40,804 bases of DNA, taken from assembly GCF_001194135.2 (NCBI RefSeq), contig NC_068982.1, forward strand, positions 175,599,342-175,640,145, given 5' to 3'. Below the pieces are notes generated by a model. The model ran no database searches, had not been told where the DNA came from, and was given only the letters and a program-made list of their open reading frames with translations. Position 1 is the first letter of the stretch. Every line of letters starts with the position of its first letter. Both the position numbers and the translations under genes were made by a program. Positions 36,969 to 40,804 of the stretch are shown here, one piece after another. Source of the stretch: Octopus bimaculoides. Its lineage: Eukaryota.

Positions 36969-37419
36969 TTTTATTCATTTCTTTCTTGGGGGGGGGGGGG
37001 ATGTATGTCTTTTAATGAATGACCTCATAATACAACTGGCTTGTTTTATGAGATACAAGTCAGCCTCACAAGTGCCAATGCCATGGTAATATACACATAA
37101 TCTATTCTGTTATGTGGACAGTGAATGAATGGACATGTGGGGGTCAAAAGACCTTTTAGTTTGTGCAGGACATGACAGCCTCTCGAGTTTTGGTGCTATG
37201 ATAAAATGCACCCAATTCAGTCAATTAGGTGGTTAGTGCTTGGAAGGGCACCCAACCATAGAAACCAAGCTTAAAATGAAATGCTTAAGCAAGACATGGT
37301 CCTCTGATCCATCTAGGAGGGCAGTAACACCAAATGACTGACTTAAAGTATGATGACTTGGCCTATTCTTACCAACATGGAAAGTGGCAATAAAACAATA
37401 GTGGTAATGAAGAAGAATA

Positions 37420-37488
37420 TGTGCGTGTGTGTGTGTACGTGTGTGTGTGTGTGTGTGCATGTGTGTGAGTGTGCATGCATGTGTGTGG

Positions 37489-37524
<36 letters not shown>

Positions 37525-37530
37525 ACACGT
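37420..37530. repeat. Compound (TG)n microsatellite
   Basis: Direct reading. Confidence 0.95.
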
Positions 37531-38250
37531 GTGTATAAACTGATTAAATGGTATTTGAATGGTACCATGGAAAGAGATGAGACGCAATCTCTATTTCAGC
37601 AGTATATTGGATGCAGGAAAGTTCTCAGTACATCTTCACATTAGAAGTGTACCAAATCTGAGATATATATGTGTGTGTCAGTAATAAGGTAAACAAGTCT
37701 GTATATCTAAACCAAGGTTTCATTCACTTATATTGAAAGGATATACATTTTCTCTTAATCTGTTGATGTTAACAATTGAGCAAAAGCCAATGGAGCAGAC
37801 CCATAGTTGTAATCCTGTTTACCTTACATATAATAAATATGGATGTAAGTTGATACAAAGTCAAGAATAATGGAATAATGCTTATGGAAGCAGTAATACA
37901 TATCTAAACCTGTCACTGAATCCAAAACAAAAATCAGTTCATTTTTAGTCTTAGAAAGTAAATTTATTATGAATCATTTTTAATTTCTTCAGATTATCAC
38001 CCCTTCTCATTCAGAGTGCAAACAATCACCACTAGGCTTTCTTTTACTTTCTCTTCACAAAGAGAAATTTTCAAAAATTAGAGAACATATTGTATACAGG
38101 ATTTGATACACCTACCACAACCCTTCACTTATAAAGTTTATTATAAATATAAAGGCCACAAAGAGATAATGTGCTAGTCTACTGACCTCATAGTCAACTA
38201 GTTCAAATTTTACAGACATTATGACATGCCTCTGAACAATGCAAAGCTTA

Positions 38251-38288
38251 CCTGATGGATTGAAAACGGAATACACTCCTACTCCCCA
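38251..38288 (-). CDS. Putative internal exon (38 nt): WGVGVYSVFNPS
   Basis: Acceptor CCCTATTTCAATGCTATCAG, donor CAG|GTAAGC; phase 2 to 1 frame joins exon 33924-33970. Confidence 0.45.
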
Positions 38289-38372
38289 GCTGATAGCATT
38301 GAAATAGGGCATTCAGTTGTTCAAGCAACCACCTTAACACAAAGACCATTCATGCATTGGAGAAAAAAGGCA

Positions 38373-38413
<41 letters not shown>

Positions 38414-38446
38414 GCGTGTGTGTGCGTGTGGGGGAGAGAGAGAGAT

Positions 38447-38478
<32 letters not shown>

Positions 38479-39684
38479 CAGCCATAGCTTATTTAATTAA
38501 AACAAAATTTTAATGAGTTTGTATTATGCAAATAGGTATACACATTTACATTTCTATAGTGATGTATATATATTAGTAGAACAGTGTACAAGTGCATTAA
38601 CATATTCTTGTATATATTTACACAAACACTATTTATGCTGTACAAAACACACACACACGCAAACATGCAGCAGAACACCTATCCAAGTACCTGTGTGTAT
38701 GCATGTCTTGTTTCCCTTGCTAAGTATGATGGCAGTGGTAGAATATTGAGGAAATAGAATTTAAAATTATCATAACACATACAAAAATAGATCTGATACA
38801 TGTTTATACAACACATATATGCACGCACGCACGCACACACACACACACACACATACACCTTGTAGATGTAAATTGTCTTAGCTGAAGAAATATTTAATTA
38901 AAATAACCAAATGGAAATGAAAAGTTATACTTACAAAGTAATAGATACAGTCATAAATAGTCACAAAAAATAATACAAAACCATGAGACATAATAATCTT
39001 ATTAATTAATTATAATTAAATAAACAAAATTGTTAGTTTTGTTAATATTTGATACTTGTTTGCTTTCATTTCAAAGTGTACTTTTATCTTACTGGATATT
39101 TGAATTTAGTAATGGTCAAAAACTACTTTATACATTAGTGAGTGTGTGTGTGTGTATGTCTATATGCACACACATTAGCTATCATCATTAGACACACGTA
39201 TACAGTATACATATATAAAGCTACCATGAAGAGAGTAGATCATCATCATCATCATCATCCTATAATCTCCATTTTCCATGATAGCATAGGTGTTTTATAT
39301 ATATATATATATATATATCATCGTAAATATACAGGGATTAGCATTGAGTTGCTTCTCCAACATACTGAAAATTTAGAAATAGCAGTCAAAAAACTACTGA
39401 TTCCAAACTACAAATTTTTCTCTAAATGGATGGCGATATTTATGGCGCACATAGAACAAAAAACCAGAGTGAAAAGCAAAAACAAACCTGCCTTTAGTTA
39501 ATTGGATACGAACGTTTCGCGATATATATATATATATATATNNNNNNNNNNNNNNNNNNNNNNNNNNNNNNNNNNNNNNNNNNNNNNNNNNNNNNNNNNN
39601 NNNNNNNNNNNNNNNNNNNNNNNNNNNNNNNNNNNNNNNNNNNNNNNNNNNNNNNNNNNNNNNNNNNNNNNNNNNNNNNNNNNN

Positions 39685-39713
<29 letters not shown>

Positions 39714-39716
<3 letters not shown>

Positions 39717-40160
39717 GGAAGGGCATCCAGCTGTAGAAGCTCTGCCAGACCAGACTGGAGCCTGGTGCAGCCACCGGCTCTCCATGCCAGCTTGGAAAAC
39801 GGACGTTAATTGATGATGATGATGATGATGATGATGATATATAACATCTGCTTTCCATGCTGGCATGGGTTAGACGGTTTGACTGGAACTGGTAAGCTGG
39901 AGAGCTGCACCAGGCTCCAGTCTTTTATGGTTTGATTTCAACAGCTGGATACCCTGCCTAACATCAACCATTCTAGTGTACTGGATGTCATTTACATTTC
40001 ACCAGTGCAGGTACCATGTGTATGTCACTGGTATGGATGCCTTTTGTGTGTCCCCAGCACAGGTGCCTTTTACGTACTACTAGCACAAGTACCTTTCCCA
40101 TGTCCCCAGCACAGGTGCCTTTACTGTGACACCAGTACGGGTGCTTTTTATATGTAACTG
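39714..40160. mobile_element. Two family C fragments tail-to-tail (+ 39714-39838; - 39845-40160)
   Basis: TAGGAAGGGCATCCAGCTG...(GAT)n, then CCATGCTGGCATGGGTTAGAC... with ~27-bp subrepeats. Confidence 0.75.
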
Positions 40161-40583
40161 GTATGGGTGCCTCTGTGTGTGTGTGTACATAAAACAGGAA
40201 GGTAGGATTTGAGTGAGATTTGCAGATTGAATACCATGTTAATGCTTTCTCATTGTCATATACATACATATACACATGCGTAAAATGGACTGATTCCAGA
40301 AGTCAAAGAGAATGGAGAAAAAGGAGTGTATTAGAAGAAATGTTTAGACTGTTTTGTCAGGATTACAAACAATTCAAAGAACTGCTGCTGTACATATCAG
40401 ATTAAGTGTTAGAAAAAAAAATCTTCAACGTCATTTGCTGAATAACAATATACATTTTTGTTTTTTATTTGTGTTCATTTAGTAGTATCATATTAATATA
40501 CAGTCATGCATACAGAAAACTCACGTTTTGGTTCAATTCAATGCATTAAGTTATTCAAATTAAGTCATTTTATCACCATCATA

Positions 40584-40622
<39 letters not shown>

Positions 40623-40624
<2 letters not shown>

Positions 40625-40804
40625 CATCATCATCATCATCATCGTTTAACGTCCGCTTTCCATGCTAGCATGGGTTGGACGATTTGACTGAGGACTGGTG
40701 AAACCGGATGGCAACACCAGGCTCCAGTCTGATTTGGCAGAGTTTCTACAGCTGGATGCCCTTCCTAACGCCAACCACTCAGAGAGTGTAGTGGGTGCTT
40801 TTAC
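40623..40804 (-). mobile_element. Family C 3' end, cut by the window edge
   Basis: 40624-40804 is the exact reverse complement of 4-184. Confidence 0.92.

Noticed and set aside
37233-37644. Multiple ORF-track entries rich in HT/VC, and similar SL/RE/YI/poly-L ORFs elsewhere
   Set aside because: Translations of microsatellites
38690-38718. Possible upstream 29-nt exon (QGKQDMHTH-S) phase-compatible with 38251-38288
   Set aside because: Weak splice sites in CA-repeat-like sequence; chance cannot be excluded
40030-40140. Repeat-spacer-like array suggestive of CRISPR
   Set aside because: Degenerate ~27-bp subrepeats of the family C body in eukaryotic DNA; no constant repeat with unique spacers and no cas genes

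Overview
AT-rich, microsatellite-laden eukaryotic genomic DNA with three N gaps. The SINE and RTE-tail repeats resemble those I associate with octopus genomes (inference; no search run). No long intact ORF is present. The window is mostly decayed mobile DNA: (i) a degenerate Helitron (Zn-finger/Rep/PIF1 remnants, ~14.7-21.4 kb) split by an LTR-to-LTR Gypsy-type element (TSD GTCTG) that keeps gag, protease and integrase but lacks RT/RNase H and itself carries a SINE; (ii) RT remnants of Tx1/L1-like, RTE and Penelope-like (PLE) elements; (iii) at least four SINE-like families; (iv) two foldback/MITE-like palindromes. A chain of five small, phase-compatible minus-strand exons (38.3 to 28.8 kb) suggests an unidentified host gene. 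Best candidate for something new: a tRNA-headed SINE carrying a PLE-type minimal hammerhead ribozyme, inserted as a head-to-head inverted pair inside one TSD, plus a second, unrelated hammerhead-like repeat family with the same unusual architecture. All translations and alignments were done by eye; boundaries of decayed elements are approximate.
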